DNA of 41,331 nt from an uncultured Bacilli bacterium (lineage in GTDB: Bacteria; Bacillota_I; Bacilli_A; RFN20; CAG-288). The DNA lies in NCBI GenBank assembly GCA_934700375.1, contig CAKUXT010000001.1, positions 1 through 41,331 on the forward strand, written 5' to 3'. Positions 32,744 through 41,331 of this stretch are shown here, piece after piece. Under the pieces are notes generated by a model. The model did no database searches, was not told the DNA's origin, and worked only from the letters and a program-made list of their open reading frames with translations. The position numbers and the translations under genes were made by a program. The first letter of the stretch is position 1, and each line of letters starts with the position of its first letter.

Positions 32744-35700
32744 ATGGATATCACATTAATCAAACAAAGAACAGAAAAGTATCTGAATCAGTTCACCGCT
32801 TCTGTGAAGGAAAAGGCAAAGAATCTTTATCATGCTTTCAGAAATCCGGGAGATAAAATGAAATGCTTTTATCTTCTTTTCATTGTAGCTAACCTTTGCT
32901 TTATCTACACATGGCTGAATCATTCTTTTACAGTACCGTTGAGCGGAGACTACTCCTTACAGGAGATGACTTTCATCTTCAACGGATATGATGACTGGCA
33001 TTACTTCTTCAGGACAGGTGAGTTCCCGCAATGGGATAGAAGCGTCTTCCTTGGAATCGACAATATCGGCGGAAACTCCTTCTATTATCTTTTCGATCCC
33101 TTTGTGCTGATCCTCCTTCCATTCCCACGCGACTGGCTTTTGGTCCTTCAGGGATTGGAATTTGTTCCTAAGATGGTGATGGCAGGCATGTTCTTCTACT
33201 GGTACTTAGGTTCGTTTGAACTCTCACCCAGAAACAGAACGATCGGCGCCTTGGCCTTTGCTTTCTCCGGTTATTCCATGTGCTATTTATGGTTCCACTT
33301 CATCGACTCAGTGGCTTTTCTGCCCCTCTGCTTTTTAGGAATCGAGAAAATCATCAGAGAAAAGGATCCTCGTGCATTCCTCGTCGGATTCTTCCTTGTT
33401 GCAATGACGAGCTATTTCTTCTTTGTCGTCTATATGATCGGCATCTTCATGTATGCTCTGTTCCGTTATTTCCAGACGATCAAAGAAAGAAATTACAATG
33501 AAAACATGGCAGTCATGGGAACTGGTATTCTCAGCTTCATCTTTGCTGTCATGCTTGGACTTTTTGTCCTGCTTCCCGGTATGGCTGTTGCAAAGAGCAT
33601 GCCGAGAGTCACATCAAGCTCCTATCTTGAAAGCATCCTTTCCGCTCCTTCTTTGTCTGAAAAGCTCAAAGCGATCTTCACCTTCACTGGTTCTACTGCC
33701 CACAATCAGGTGACTCCTCTTCTCAATTTCCTCTTCATGGCCGATGACTGCTATTACTCCAATCTTCTCAATGTCAATTGGTATGACAATATGGCAGGTT
33801 CTTTATATGCGACAACCCCGATACTGATCATGTTCTTCGTCTCTGTCTTAGATGCCTTCAAGAGAAAGAAATGGTCATATCTTATCGGTCTTTTCATCGC
33901 CTGTCTATTGATCATGACACCGATCGGATTCTATCTCTTCTCTGGTTTCACAGTCGGATATGCAAGATATTTCATTCTTCCTATCGCCTGCATGATCACA
34001 TGGTGCTGTCTGACCTTGGAGAGAAGAAGAGAGATACCGAAGACTTATTTGGATATCTCGATGGTCATCATCTCTGTCCTTTATGCGATCAGCTGCTATC
34101 TCATCATCTATGAGGTCGATCTTTTCCCCAGCCATTTCACTGGAACATACTGGGATGACAAGATGATTCTTATCATCGTCTGCTTTGTCTATCTTCTCAT
34201 CTGCTATCTTGTCATGAGACCTCTGTTCCATAAGAAACAGTTTTCTTATGCCACATTGGCTCTTATGTCTATCAATATCATCGGCATGTGCAATGCCACA
34301 ATCATCTGTCACGGCACCTCCTCGATCTCTAAGATCTCCTCTTATCCGGAAGAGACCAAGATTGTGGATATGCTTAGAAACGATGAGAACGGAGAAGACT
34401 TCTATCGCATTTACAATACGACAGCGACAAGAAACAATTCCAACGTTCCTTTAAGGGAAGGATATTCAGGACTGAGCGACTTCCACTCTGTCTATCCTTT
34501 CAATGCACAGGATTTCTTAGACAGAAGCAGGATTCCGCACGGCTATCGCAACTGGTCGATGGGTATCTACAACAGAAGAGAAAACCTTGAAACGTTCTTA
34601 GGAACAAAATATTACATGGTCGACCGCGTCGAAGACAACTTCTCGACGCTTTCCGTTCCGAAAGCCTATCCGGAAAGAGTGGATTCCAACGGATATCTTG
34701 TCTATGCATCGGATTACGATATTCCTTATGGATACAAGAACATCCTCTCTTTGACAGAAGAGGAGATGAAGGCGCTCGGTGTCAATTATTTGAAAGAGAC
34801 ACTCGACTATCTTAAATCTGATGCCTGTACAAAAGCTGTCTATGTGAATACGAACTTCATCGATTTCGCTTTCTCCTTCTCCACAGTCATGAATACCTCA
34901 TGGTTAGTTACCAATCTCAATTACAAGAGATATGAAGATGATCTTAGTTATGGCTTATACGAGGATCTTAACGAATATCCTCTTCTTCGCTTTGCCATGC
35001 TTGATGAAAACGACTATAACCGCTTCGTGTTCAACAAGAAATACAATGCAGGAAAAGTGAATCTGTTCGGAGACAATTATCCGACAACGGATATCGAAGA
35101 ACAGACTACACCTGCAAAGAGGGCGGCAAAGTTCCAGAGCCTTCTCACTTCCAGCAATGTGGATTATGTTCCTTATGACAAGAACGTCGATTATAAGTCT
35201 GGCACTGTAAAGAAACCTACCAATCCAATCATGCTTCTCTCCAGTTCGACAGGAAACTATGCCAGAATGAAGATCACAGTCTATTCTGCTTCTTGGCCAG
35301 CGACAGAGAGAAATCCATCCGGCGAATATGCAGTCTGCGATCCTAATGATGCTTCCAATCAGGTGTGTCTAAGCACATTCAGACAGGAGAATCCATGGGC
35401 TTATGAAAACGGAATCAGACCAGGAGACCGCGTCTATAATTACGATACGTTAAGAGACGAAAACGGAAATACTTCCGCTGATTATTCAAGAGACGTCTTA
35501 TACAACTCCAAGATTCTCATCACGGCGATGGATGGAAAAGGCAATCCGACTTTGTTCTGCGAGGATGCAGATCCAAATGATCCTATAACCGGATCTTATA
35601 TCTCTATCAATGATGATGACAATATCGAATGGCGTTTCTTTGATAAGAACGATAGGCTGATCTCCTTTGCCCGTCATCCTTATGTCGAATACAAGAAAGC

Positions 35701-36280
35701 GCACGGCTATTATGTCGATAGACCTGTCAGCAAGATTTTAGGCATCGTCAAGACAGGAACAAAGGATGATCCTGTCAGATTGGATAAACCCTATCTCTAC
35801 ATCACCAGAAACAGCGAGTATCAAAGAGCAATCGATGAGCTGAAAGCAAATGCTGTCACCATCACCAAGAGAAGCGAAGACAAAGTCGAGTTCTCTACTG
35901 ATTATGCAAACGACCGCTTCATCGTTCTGAATTATCCTTTCCAGGATGGCTTCAAAGTTCAGGAAGTCAAAGTGAAGGATGACGGAACGACATCTTACGA
36001 GGAAGTCGACCTTTACAAGGCGCAGGGAGGATTCATCTCCTTTGAGGCCAAGAGCGGAAACCGCAATTATGTATTTACTTATAGTAGTCCATATTTCAAA
36101 TTAGGATGCATGGCTACTGCTTTAGGATTGTTTGTCACGTTTTTATGCCTTGCTTATTTCGGCTATCGCCGCAAGCAAGAGAAATTGATTGCGTCTTGTA
36201 CGCTTCATTCGGTTGTCGATGAACATATCTTAAAGGAGAAACATCGCTATGACGACTTTGAAACATCACTTAGAAGGTAA
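32744..36280 (+). CDS. yfhO: YfhO-family membrane glycosyltransferase (GT-C-like), long form
   Basis: The ORF is 1178 aa. The N-terminal polytopic region SGDYSLQEMTFIFNGYDDWHYFFRTGEFPQWDRSVFLGIDNIGGNSFYYLFDPF resembles YfhO. A large extracytoplasmic domain and a C-terminal TM follow. Confidence 0.7.
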   Translation: MDITLIKQRTEKYLNQFTASVKEKAKNLYHAFRNPGDKMKCFYLLFIVANLCFIYTWLNHSFTVPLSGDYSLQEMTFIFNGYDDWHYFFRTGEFPQWDRSVFLGIDNIGGNSFYYLFDPFVLILLPFPRDWLLVLQGLEFVPKMVMAGMFFYWYLGSFELSPRNRTIGALAFAFSGYSMCYLWFHFIDSVAFLPLCFLGIEKIIREKDPRAFLVGFFLVAMTSYFFFVVYMIGIFMYALFRYFQTIKERNYNENMAVMGTGILSFIFAVMLGLFVLLPGMAVAKSMPRVTSSSYLESILSAPSLSEKLKAIFTFTGSTAHNQVTPLLNFLFMADDCYYSNLLNVNWYDNMAGSLYATTPILIMFFVSVLDAFKRKKWSYLIGLFIACLLIMTPIGFYLFSGFTVGYARYFILPIACMITWCCLTLERRREIPKTYLDISMVIISVLYAISCYLIIYEVDLFPSHFTGTYWDDKMILIIVCFVYLLICYLVMRPLFHKKQFSYATLALMSINIIGMCNATIICHGTSSISKISSYPEETKIVDMLRNDENGEDFYRIYNTTATRNNSNVPLREGYSGLSDFHSVYPFNAQDFLDRSRIPHGYRNWSMGIYNRRENLETFLGTKYYMVDRVEDNFSTLSVPKAYPERVDSNGYLVYASDYDIPYGYKNILSLTEEEMKALGVNYLKETLDYLKSDACTKAVYVNTNFIDFAFSFSTVMNTSWLVTNLNYKRYEDDLSYGLYEDLNEYPLLRFAMLDENDYNRFVFNKKYNAGKVNLFGDNYPTTDIEEQTTPAKRAAKFQSLLTSSNVDYVPYDKNVDYKSGTVKKPTNPIMLLSSSTGNYARMKITVYSASWPATERNPSGEYAVCDPNDASNQVCLSTFRQENPWAYENGIRPGDRVYNYDTLRDENGNTSADYSRDVLYNSKILITAMDGKGNPTLFCEDADPNDPITGSYISINDDDNIEWRFFDKNDRLISFARHPYVEYKKAHGYYVDRPVSKILGIVKTGTKDDPVRLDKPYLYITRNSEYQRAIDELKANAVTITKRSEDKVEFSTDYANDRFIVLNYPFQDGFKVQEVKVKDDGTTSYEEVDLYKAQGGFISFEAKSGNRNYVFTYSSPYFKLGCMATALGLFVTFLCLAYFGYRRKQEKLIASCTLHSVVDEHILKEKHRYDDFETSLRR

Positions 36281-37442
36281 TGCAGTCTATTTTCAGTCCG
36301 GTGGTCCAACAGCTGTCATCAACACATCTTTTTTAGGCGTTTACGAGACTTTCATGTCTTATCGTGAAACGGAGAAATTCTTCGTTTCACGATATGGAAT
36401 ATCATCTCTTCTTGAGAATAAATTAGAAGAAGTGAAAGGAGACTACTCTTTCCTCCGCTTTGAAAATGGAGCTCATTTCGGCTCCTTGAGAAAATTCCTT
36501 CCTGAAGAAGAGGACTGTGAAATCGGAGCGACATTGGTCGACAGTCTCAAGAAGAACAATATCCGTTATGTCTTTATCAACGGCGGAAACGATTCGATGG
36601 ATACCGCCTATAAAGTCAACCAATATTGCCTCTATCATCACTATGACTGCTATGTCATCGGCATGCCGAAGACCATCGACAATGACCTCTATGGATGCGA
36701 TCATACGCCAGGATATGGAACAGCAGCAAAGTTTGTCTGCAACACGCTTCTTACACTGACTTATGACGAATACAGCTACAAGAAAGGAAAGATCCTTCTT
36801 GTCGAGACGATGGGAAGAGATTCCGGCTATCTTGCTGCTTCCGCTGTCCTTACCGCAGTCCGTGGAAAAAGACCGGATTATATCTATGTTCCGGAAGTCG
36901 ACTTCGACATCGATTCCTTTATGGAAAAGGCGATCAGGACTTATCAGGAAAAAGGTCATTGCATCATTGTCATCAGCGAAGGAATCAAGGATAAAAACAG
37001 AGAACTTGTCTCCTCAAAAGGAAAAAGTGACGCATTCGGCAATAAGATACCGGGAGGCGTTGCAAATTATCTTGCGGCTCTTCTCTCTGAAAAAGGATAT
37101 TCTGCCCGTGCAGTGGAGCTTAACACCCTTCAAAGAGCATCCTCTTATCTTTTGTCTATGACAGACAGCAATGAAGCTTATGAAGTAGGAAAGACCGCTT
37201 TCCTTTCCGCCTACAACAAAGAGAGCGGAAAGATGGTTGCACTGAAGAGAGTTTCCAACAATCCTTATACGATCGAATATCCGCTTATCGATCTTTCTCT
37301 TTCAAGAAGAGAAGCCTCTTCGATGCCGAAAGAATATATCAATGAGACAGGTGACAACATCAAAGACTGCTTTATCGATTATGTAAAGCCGCTCATTGTC
37401 GGCAATGCGGTCGCATTGAAAGATGACGGCCTTTTGGATTAG
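36249..37442 (+). CDS. pfk: 6-phosphofructokinase family protein (ATP- or PPi-dependent; subtype not resolved)
   Basis: The ORF is 397 aa, with the motifs FQSGGPTAVINTS, INGGNDSMDTA, MPKTIDNDL and ETMGRDSGYLA. The SD AAGGAG is present, and the gene overlaps the yfhO 3' end by 32 nt. Confidence 0.85.
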   Translation: MTTLKHHLEGNAVYFQSGGPTAVINTSFLGVYETFMSYRETEKFFVSRYGISSLLENKLEEVKGDYSFLRFENGAHFGSLRKFLPEEEDCEIGATLVDSLKKNNIRYVFINGGNDSMDTAYKVNQYCLYHHYDCYVIGMPKTIDNDLYGCDHTPGYGTAAKFVCNTLLTLTYDEYSYKKGKILLVETMGRDSGYLAASAVLTAVRGKRPDYIYVPEVDFDIDSFMEKAIRTYQEKGHCIIVISEGIKDKNRELVSSKGKSDAFGNKIPGGVANYLAALLSEKGYSARAVELNTLQRASSYLLSMTDSNEAYEVGKTAFLSAYNKESGKMVALKRVSNNPYTIEYPLIDLSLSRREASSMPKEYINETGDNIKDCFIDYVKPLIVGNAVALKDDGLLD

Positions 37443-37507
37443 CTAAATTAGTGAAAAGAGAAAAGGAATGTTTTATCATATAGAGACTTTTTTGAGGTGA
37501 GAGAATT

Positions 37508-40345
37508 ATGAATACCAATTATAAAGATTATATCGTCGTCAAAGGGGCAAGAGAAAACAACCTGAAGAACGTATCCGTCACCATTCCTAAGGATTCCTTG
37601 GTTGTCTTTTCCGGTGTATCAGGAAGCGGAAAATCCACGCTTGCCTTTGATACGATCTTCGCAGAAGGACAGAGAAGATATGTCGAGTCTCTTTCTTCTT
37701 ATGCAAGAATGTTCTTAGGCGATTTTTCAAAACCTGATGTCGATAGCATCGACGGTCTTTCTCCTGCTATCTCCATCGATCAGAAAACCACCTCTCACAA
37801 TCCACGTTCCACTGTCGGAACGGTGACTGAAATCTATGACTATCTCAGACTTTTATATGCAAGAATCGGTGTTCCGTATTGCCCTAATCATCATATTCCG
37901 ATTCAGGCCTCTTCTTTGCAGCAGATCTATAATGCAATCAGAAGCAATCCTGACGGAAGCAAGATCACGATCTATGCACCTGTCGTCCAGAACGAAAAAG
38001 GTACGCATCAGGCTACCCTTTTGAAATTCTTCAATCAAGGATATTCAAGAATCAAGATCGATGATAAACCGCTGACAAGATATGATGAAGTTCCTCTCCT
38101 TGACAAGAACTATAAGCATACAATCGCTTTTGCAATCGATAGACTCATTCTCAATGATGAGAACAAGGACAGACTTTTTGATTCGTTAAGAACGGCTCTT
38201 GATTTTGCAAGAGGATATGTCACGATCGATGTCGATGGAAAAGAGACGCTTTACAGCGAACATCAATCCTGTCCTATCTGTGGTTTCTCCGTACCTCCGC
38301 TTGAACCGAGACTCTTCTCTTTCAATAATCCCTTAGGATGTTGCCCTGACTGCAACGGCTTGGGTGTCAGAATCGAAGCGGATCCCGAAAAGATGATTGC
38401 AGATCCCACGAAGTCGATTGAAGATGGGGCAATCGCCTGCCTTCCGAAGAAGAATCATGACACGATTGAATGGAACGACTTCTATGCTGTTTTGGATAAA
38501 TACAAGATTTCAACAAAGACTCCGTTCAATAAACTTTCTCAGAAGCAGAAAGAAGTTGTTATCTATGGACCGAAAGAGCCTGTCAAGTATGTCTATGAAT
38601 CTTCCTCTGGTTCTAAGATCGTAAAGAATGTAACTGAAGGCCTCAAAGCCAGAATCGATAGACTCTATATGTCTACAAAATCCGAATGGATGAAAACTTA
38701 TTATGGAAGCTTTATGTCGGAAGCCGAATGCCCGACATGCCATGGCGCAAGACTGAATGAGATGGTCCTTTCTATCAGAGTCGGCGGACTGAACATTCAT
38801 GAGCTCTGCTCGATGTCACTAGCAAAGATCTATGATTTCTTCCTCCATTTAGAGCTGACTGCGATGCAGCATAAAATTGCCGATCTCATCATCAATGAAG
38901 TGAAAAACAGACTGAAGTTCCTCATCGATGTCGGACTTGATTATCTCACTCTTTCAAGAGAGGCCTCCACTCTTTCCGGAGGCGAAGCACAACGAATCAG
39001 ACTTGCTACCCAGATCGGAAGCAGACTGACCGGTGTTTTATATGTCCTTGATGAGCCTAGCATCGGACTTCATCAAAGAGATAATGATAAACTCATCAAT
39101 ACTTTGAAGGAGATGAGAGATTTAGGAAATTCACTCATTGTTGTCGAGCATGATGAGGATACGATTCTTTCTGCAGATTACGTCGTTGATATCGGCCCTG
39201 GAGCCGGAGATCATGGCGGAAGCGTTGTCTTCCAGGGCAAAGTCGAAGACTTATTGAAAGATACTTCTTCTTTGACTGCTGATTATCTCACTGGAAGAAA
39301 GATGATTCCCCTTCCTTTAAAGAGAAGAGAGGCAAAGAATTATCTGACGATCAAGAATGCATATTGTCATAATCTGAAACACATTGATGTCAAGGTCCCG
39401 CTCGGTGAATTTGTCTGTGTCACCGGTGTATCAGGAAGCGGAAAATCATCTCTGATTGATCAGGTTCTTTATAAGACGATCAGAAGCAAGATTCTTCTCT
39501 CTGGTGAAAAGACGGAATGCGATGGAATCGCTAACAGCAAACTGATAACGAAAATAATTAATGTATCTCAGGAACCGATTGGTAGAACTCCTAGAAGCAA
39601 TCCTGCAACATACATTAAGGTTTTTGATGATATCAGAGAAGTGTTTGCCAATACCAAGGATGCCAAGATGAAAGGCATGGATAAGTCGATGTTCTCCTTC
39701 AATGTGAGAGGCGGACGCTGTGAGGCCTGCCAGGGCGCTGGTGTTCAGCGCATTTCCATGAACTTCCTTCCTGATGTCTATGTCGAATGCGATGTCTGCC
39801 ATGGAAAGAGATATACGGATGATGTTCTCTCTGTCTATTTCAAAGAGAAGAATATTTCCGATGTCTTGGATATGAGAGCGGAAGAGGCTTTGTCTTTCTT
39901 CTCCGCCTTCCCCAATATCAAAAAGAAACTTCAGACGCTTGTCGATGTCGGTTTAGGATATATGAAGCTTGGGCAACCTTCTACAACATTGTCAGGCGGT
40001 GAAGCGCAGCGTGTCAAACTCGCTTATGAGCTGGAAAGACCGAGCGATGGATCGACTCTCTATATTCTCGATGAGCCGACGACCGGTCTTCATCCTTATG
40101 ATATTGAAAAGCTCATCCGTGTTCTCAATCGTTTGGTCGATAATGGCAACTCAGTCGTTGTTATCGAGCACAATCTCGATGTCATCAAGTCTGCGGATTA
40201 TATCATCGATCTTGGCCCTGAGGGCGGTGACAAGGGCGGTAATCTTGTTTTCGAAGGTACGCCGGATGAGATTGTTTCCTGCAAGGATTCTTATACTGGA
40301 CTTTATCTTGCAAGAGAGATGGAGAAAGAGAAGTATCGTCATTAA
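37508..40345 (+). CDS. uvrA: Excinuclease ABC subunit A
   Basis: The ORF is 945 aa. It has two Walker A motifs (GVSGSGKST and GVSGSGKSS), two LSGGEAQR signatures, and zinc-finger cysteine pairs (CPICG..CPDCNG, CPTCHG, CEACQG..CDVCHG). The SD is GAGGTGAG. Confidence 0.97.
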   Translation: MNTNYKDYIVVKGARENNLKNVSVTIPKDSLVVFSGVSGSGKSTLAFDTIFAEGQRRYVESLSSYARMFLGDFSKPDVDSIDGLSPAISIDQKTTSHNPRSTVGTVTEIYDYLRLLYARIGVPYCPNHHIPIQASSLQQIYNAIRSNPDGSKITIYAPVVQNEKGTHQATLLKFFNQGYSRIKIDDKPLTRYDEVPLLDKNYKHTIAFAIDRLILNDENKDRLFDSLRTALDFARGYVTIDVDGKETLYSEHQSCPICGFSVPPLEPRLFSFNNPLGCCPDCNGLGVRIEADPEKMIADPTKSIEDGAIACLPKKNHDTIEWNDFYAVLDKYKISTKTPFNKLSQKQKEVVIYGPKEPVKYVYESSSGSKIVKNVTEGLKARIDRLYMSTKSEWMKTYYGSFMSEAECPTCHGARLNEMVLSIRVGGLNIHELCSMSLAKIYDFFLHLELTAMQHKIADLIINEVKNRLKFLIDVGLDYLTLSREASTLSGGEAQRIRLATQIGSRLTGVLYVLDEPSIGLHQRDNDKLINTLKEMRDLGNSLIVVEHDEDTILSADYVVDIGPGAGDHGGSVVFQGKVEDLLKDTSSLTADYLTGRKMIPLPLKRREAKNYLTIKNAYCHNLKHIDVKVPLGEFVCVTGVSGSGKSSLIDQVLYKTIRSKILLSGEKTECDGIANSKLITKIINVSQEPIGRTPRSNPATYIKVFDDIREVFANTKDAKMKGMDKSMFSFNVRGGRCEACQGAGVQRISMNFLPDVYVECDVCHGKRYTDDVLSVYFKEKNISDVLDMRAEEALSFFSAFPNIKKKLQTLVDVGLGYMKLGQPSTTLSGGEAQRVKLAYELERPSDGSTLYILDEPTTGLHPYDIEKLIRVLNRLVDNGNSVVVIEHNLDVIKSADYIIDLGPEGGDKGGNLVFEGTPDEIVSCKDSYTGLYLAREMEKEKYRH

Positions 40346-40414
40346 TCAGTAATGCTTTCTTTACACGGCTTTGTGATGTAAACTGATTATAGATGATGAG
40401 TGAGGAAACATTTG

Positions 40415-40513
40415 ATGTTTATTTATGAATTTGCATCTGGTTGGTTTGGATTCATTATAGATTTGTTGTTGGCTGAAACAGGTGAAGGAGATCATTTAAA
40501 TGAACCATGGTGA
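40415..40513 (+). CDS. Possible 32-aa hydrophobic micro-protein
   Basis: The ATG at 40415 has GAGGAA 7 nt upstream. The product is MFIYEFASGWFGFIIDLLLAETGEGDHLNEPW, and the ORF overlaps the next gene's start by 14 nt. It is not in the ORF track because it is too short. Confidence 0.25.
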   Translation: MFIYEFASGWFGFIIDLLLAETGEGDHLNEPW

Positions 40514-40904
40514 TAACGAAAAGTGTTCCCCTTGGATCACTTTTCAAGTTTTCTTATGGGCGTTTTTTGGACTCTTGCCAGCATTTCTTTTACCCCTTTT
40601 GTTTGATTATCTTGTATGGCGCTTTAAATTGGATGGATACTGGAATTTTATCTTTTTCGTTATATACATGGGATATCTATTGTTAGTTAATTACATTGGT
40701 ATTAAGAATTTTATGAAGTGGACAGATAATGACTTTTTAAGAATAAAAAAGTTATTTTTTGTACAAAAAGTCAAAGCGGAATCCTTGGAAAAAACGTTGA
40801 CGGATGCTCATCTTGTTCCTATCGGGAAAAAAGGTGACATGTGGTGGAAAAAGAAAAACTATCTGATTTCTAGTAAACTATACCCCGTAATTAGGACACG
40901 ATAA
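40500..40904 (+). CDS. Small membrane protein (2 TM plus a basic C-terminal domain), function unknown
   Basis: The ORF is 134 aa with GAAGGAG 7 nt upstream of the ATG. The DNA is AT-rich and favours T-ending codons, unlike uvrA. Confidence 0.6.
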   Translation: MNHGDNEKCSPWITFQVFLWAFFGLLPAFLLPLLFDYLVWRFKLDGYWNFIFFVIYMGYLLLVNYIGIKNFMKWTDNDFLRIKKLFFVQKVKAESLEKTLTDAHLVPIGKKGDMWWKKKNYLISSKLYPVIRTR

Positions 40905-40913
40905 CAGAAAACA

Positions 40914-40978
40914 AAAACCGCCATCCAGTGAACTAACTATGTAATAATATAAGAAGTTAGTTGCTGGATGGCGGTTTT
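40914..40978 (+). terminator. Long hairpin or terminator at the junction with the IS-like element
   Basis: A perfect 15-bp outer stem pairs aaaaccgccatccag (40914-40928) with ctggatggcggtttt (40964-40978). An 8-bp inner stem pairs aactaact with agttagtt. TTTT lies in the 3' arm. Confidence 0.7.
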
Positions 40979-41331
40979 CTGTCATCAGTCCGGAAATGGG
41001 GGACCGATATGAGCAAGAAAAGATTCACCAAGGAGCAGATAGAGATTCTAAGCAGGAACGAGAATGTGCACAAGGTCACGGACAAGTACATTGTGTTCGA
41101 GGCCGACTTCAAGCGCCTCTGCCTGGAAAACGTCAAAAAAGGAATCACTCTCCGACAGACTTTCATCGACTGTGGATTTGACATCGATATCATTGGTTTC
41201 GAAAGAATGAAAGATGCCTATCAAAATTGGAAGAGACTCGACAACGAGAACAAAGAACTGAAGACCGGCCATTATGGAGGCGGAAGACCGAGAAAAAATC
41301 CGATGACGCCAGAAGAAATAATCGCCTCCCA
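40979..41331 (+). mobile_element. Left part of an insertion sequence (IS3-family-like), boundary approximate
   Basis: Composition shifts abruptly from AT-rich to about 50% GC right after the 40914-40978 hairpin, and a transposase-like ORF begins at 41009. The inverted repeat end was not identified. Confidence 0.45.
41009..41331 (+). CDS. IS3-family-like transposase OrfA (HTH protein), 3' end outside the window
   Basis: This ORF is open-ended and absent from the track. The ATG at 41009 has GGGGGA upstream. The product begins MSKKRFTKEQIEILSRNENVHKVTDKYIVFEADFKRLCLENVKKGITLRQTFIDCGFDIDIIGFERMKDAYQNWKRL...GGGRPRKNP, and there is no stop before the window ends. The pattern matches HTH OrfA proteins of Firmicutes IS3-family elements as I remember them. 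The GC content is visibly higher than in the flanking DNA. Confidence 0.55.
   Translation, partial: MSKKRFTKEQIEILSRNENVHKVTDKYIVFEADFKRLCLENVKKGITLRQTFIDCGFDIDIIGFERMKDAYQNWKRLDNENKELKTGHYGGGRPRKNPMTPEEIIAS

Noticed and set aside
37443-37507. An SOS (Cheo/LexA) box upstream of uvrA, and a missing uvrB partner
   Set aside because: No GAAC-N4-GTTC-like palindrome is present in the 65-bp spacer. uvrA may be read through from pfk. The protein has the full canonical length and motifs, so it looks like the housekeeping UvrA rather than a class II paralogue. The absence of uvrB nearby is not informative on its own.
40957-41272. Track ORFs 40957-41193 (-), 40996-41181 (+) and 41048-41272 (-)
   Set aside because: They overlap a longer open-ended frame starting at 41009, which has an SD and a recognisable transposase-like HTH sequence. 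Their own translations are low-complexity or Arg/Gln-rich, with no start signals.

Overview
This is a 41.3-kb chromosomal window from a low-GC Gram-positive bacterium (Bacillota; gene content hints at an Erysipelotrichia- or Clostridia-like organism, which cannot be proven here). No rRNA, tRNA or CRISPR array was seen. Recognisable housekeeping genes are mgsA, eno, a PFK-family gene, uvrA and a copA-copZ-csoR copper operon with its CsoR operator. Between them sits a large cell-envelope block with three parts. (1) A five-gene minus-strand operon encodes an acidic-tailed membrane protein, a MoxR AAA+ ATPase, a DUF58 protein, a BatA-like VWA protein and a double-VWA protein. (2) Two tandem paralogous giant lipoproteins (about 1040-1050 aa) are each built from eight modules of about 115 aa that I cannot assign to a family. 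Their diverged but homologous upstream regions carry shared sequence blocks. (3) Convergent with the lipoproteins is a tightly coupled three-gene operon: sensor kinase, sensor paralogue, response regulator. Both sensors have an extracytoplasmic domain, seven TM helices and a LytS/YehU-type core. The second sensor has lost the phospho-acceptor His and all ATP-binding boxes, yet its ORF is intact. The regulator is a REC domain fused to a SARP-type winged helix. I rate this kinase/pseudokinase/REC-SARP module, with the lipoprotein pair as its candidate regulon, as the most interesting content. It also sits almost exactly at the window centre. Other accessory items are an AT-rich islet with two orphan membrane or secreted proteins, an orphan vsr overlapping a Nudix gene, a YfhO/O-antigen-ligase-like envelope glycosylation pair, and a GC-rich IS3-like transposase fragment at the right edge that is missing from the ORF track. 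All calls come from reading the translations and the DNA by eye. No searches or statistics were run.
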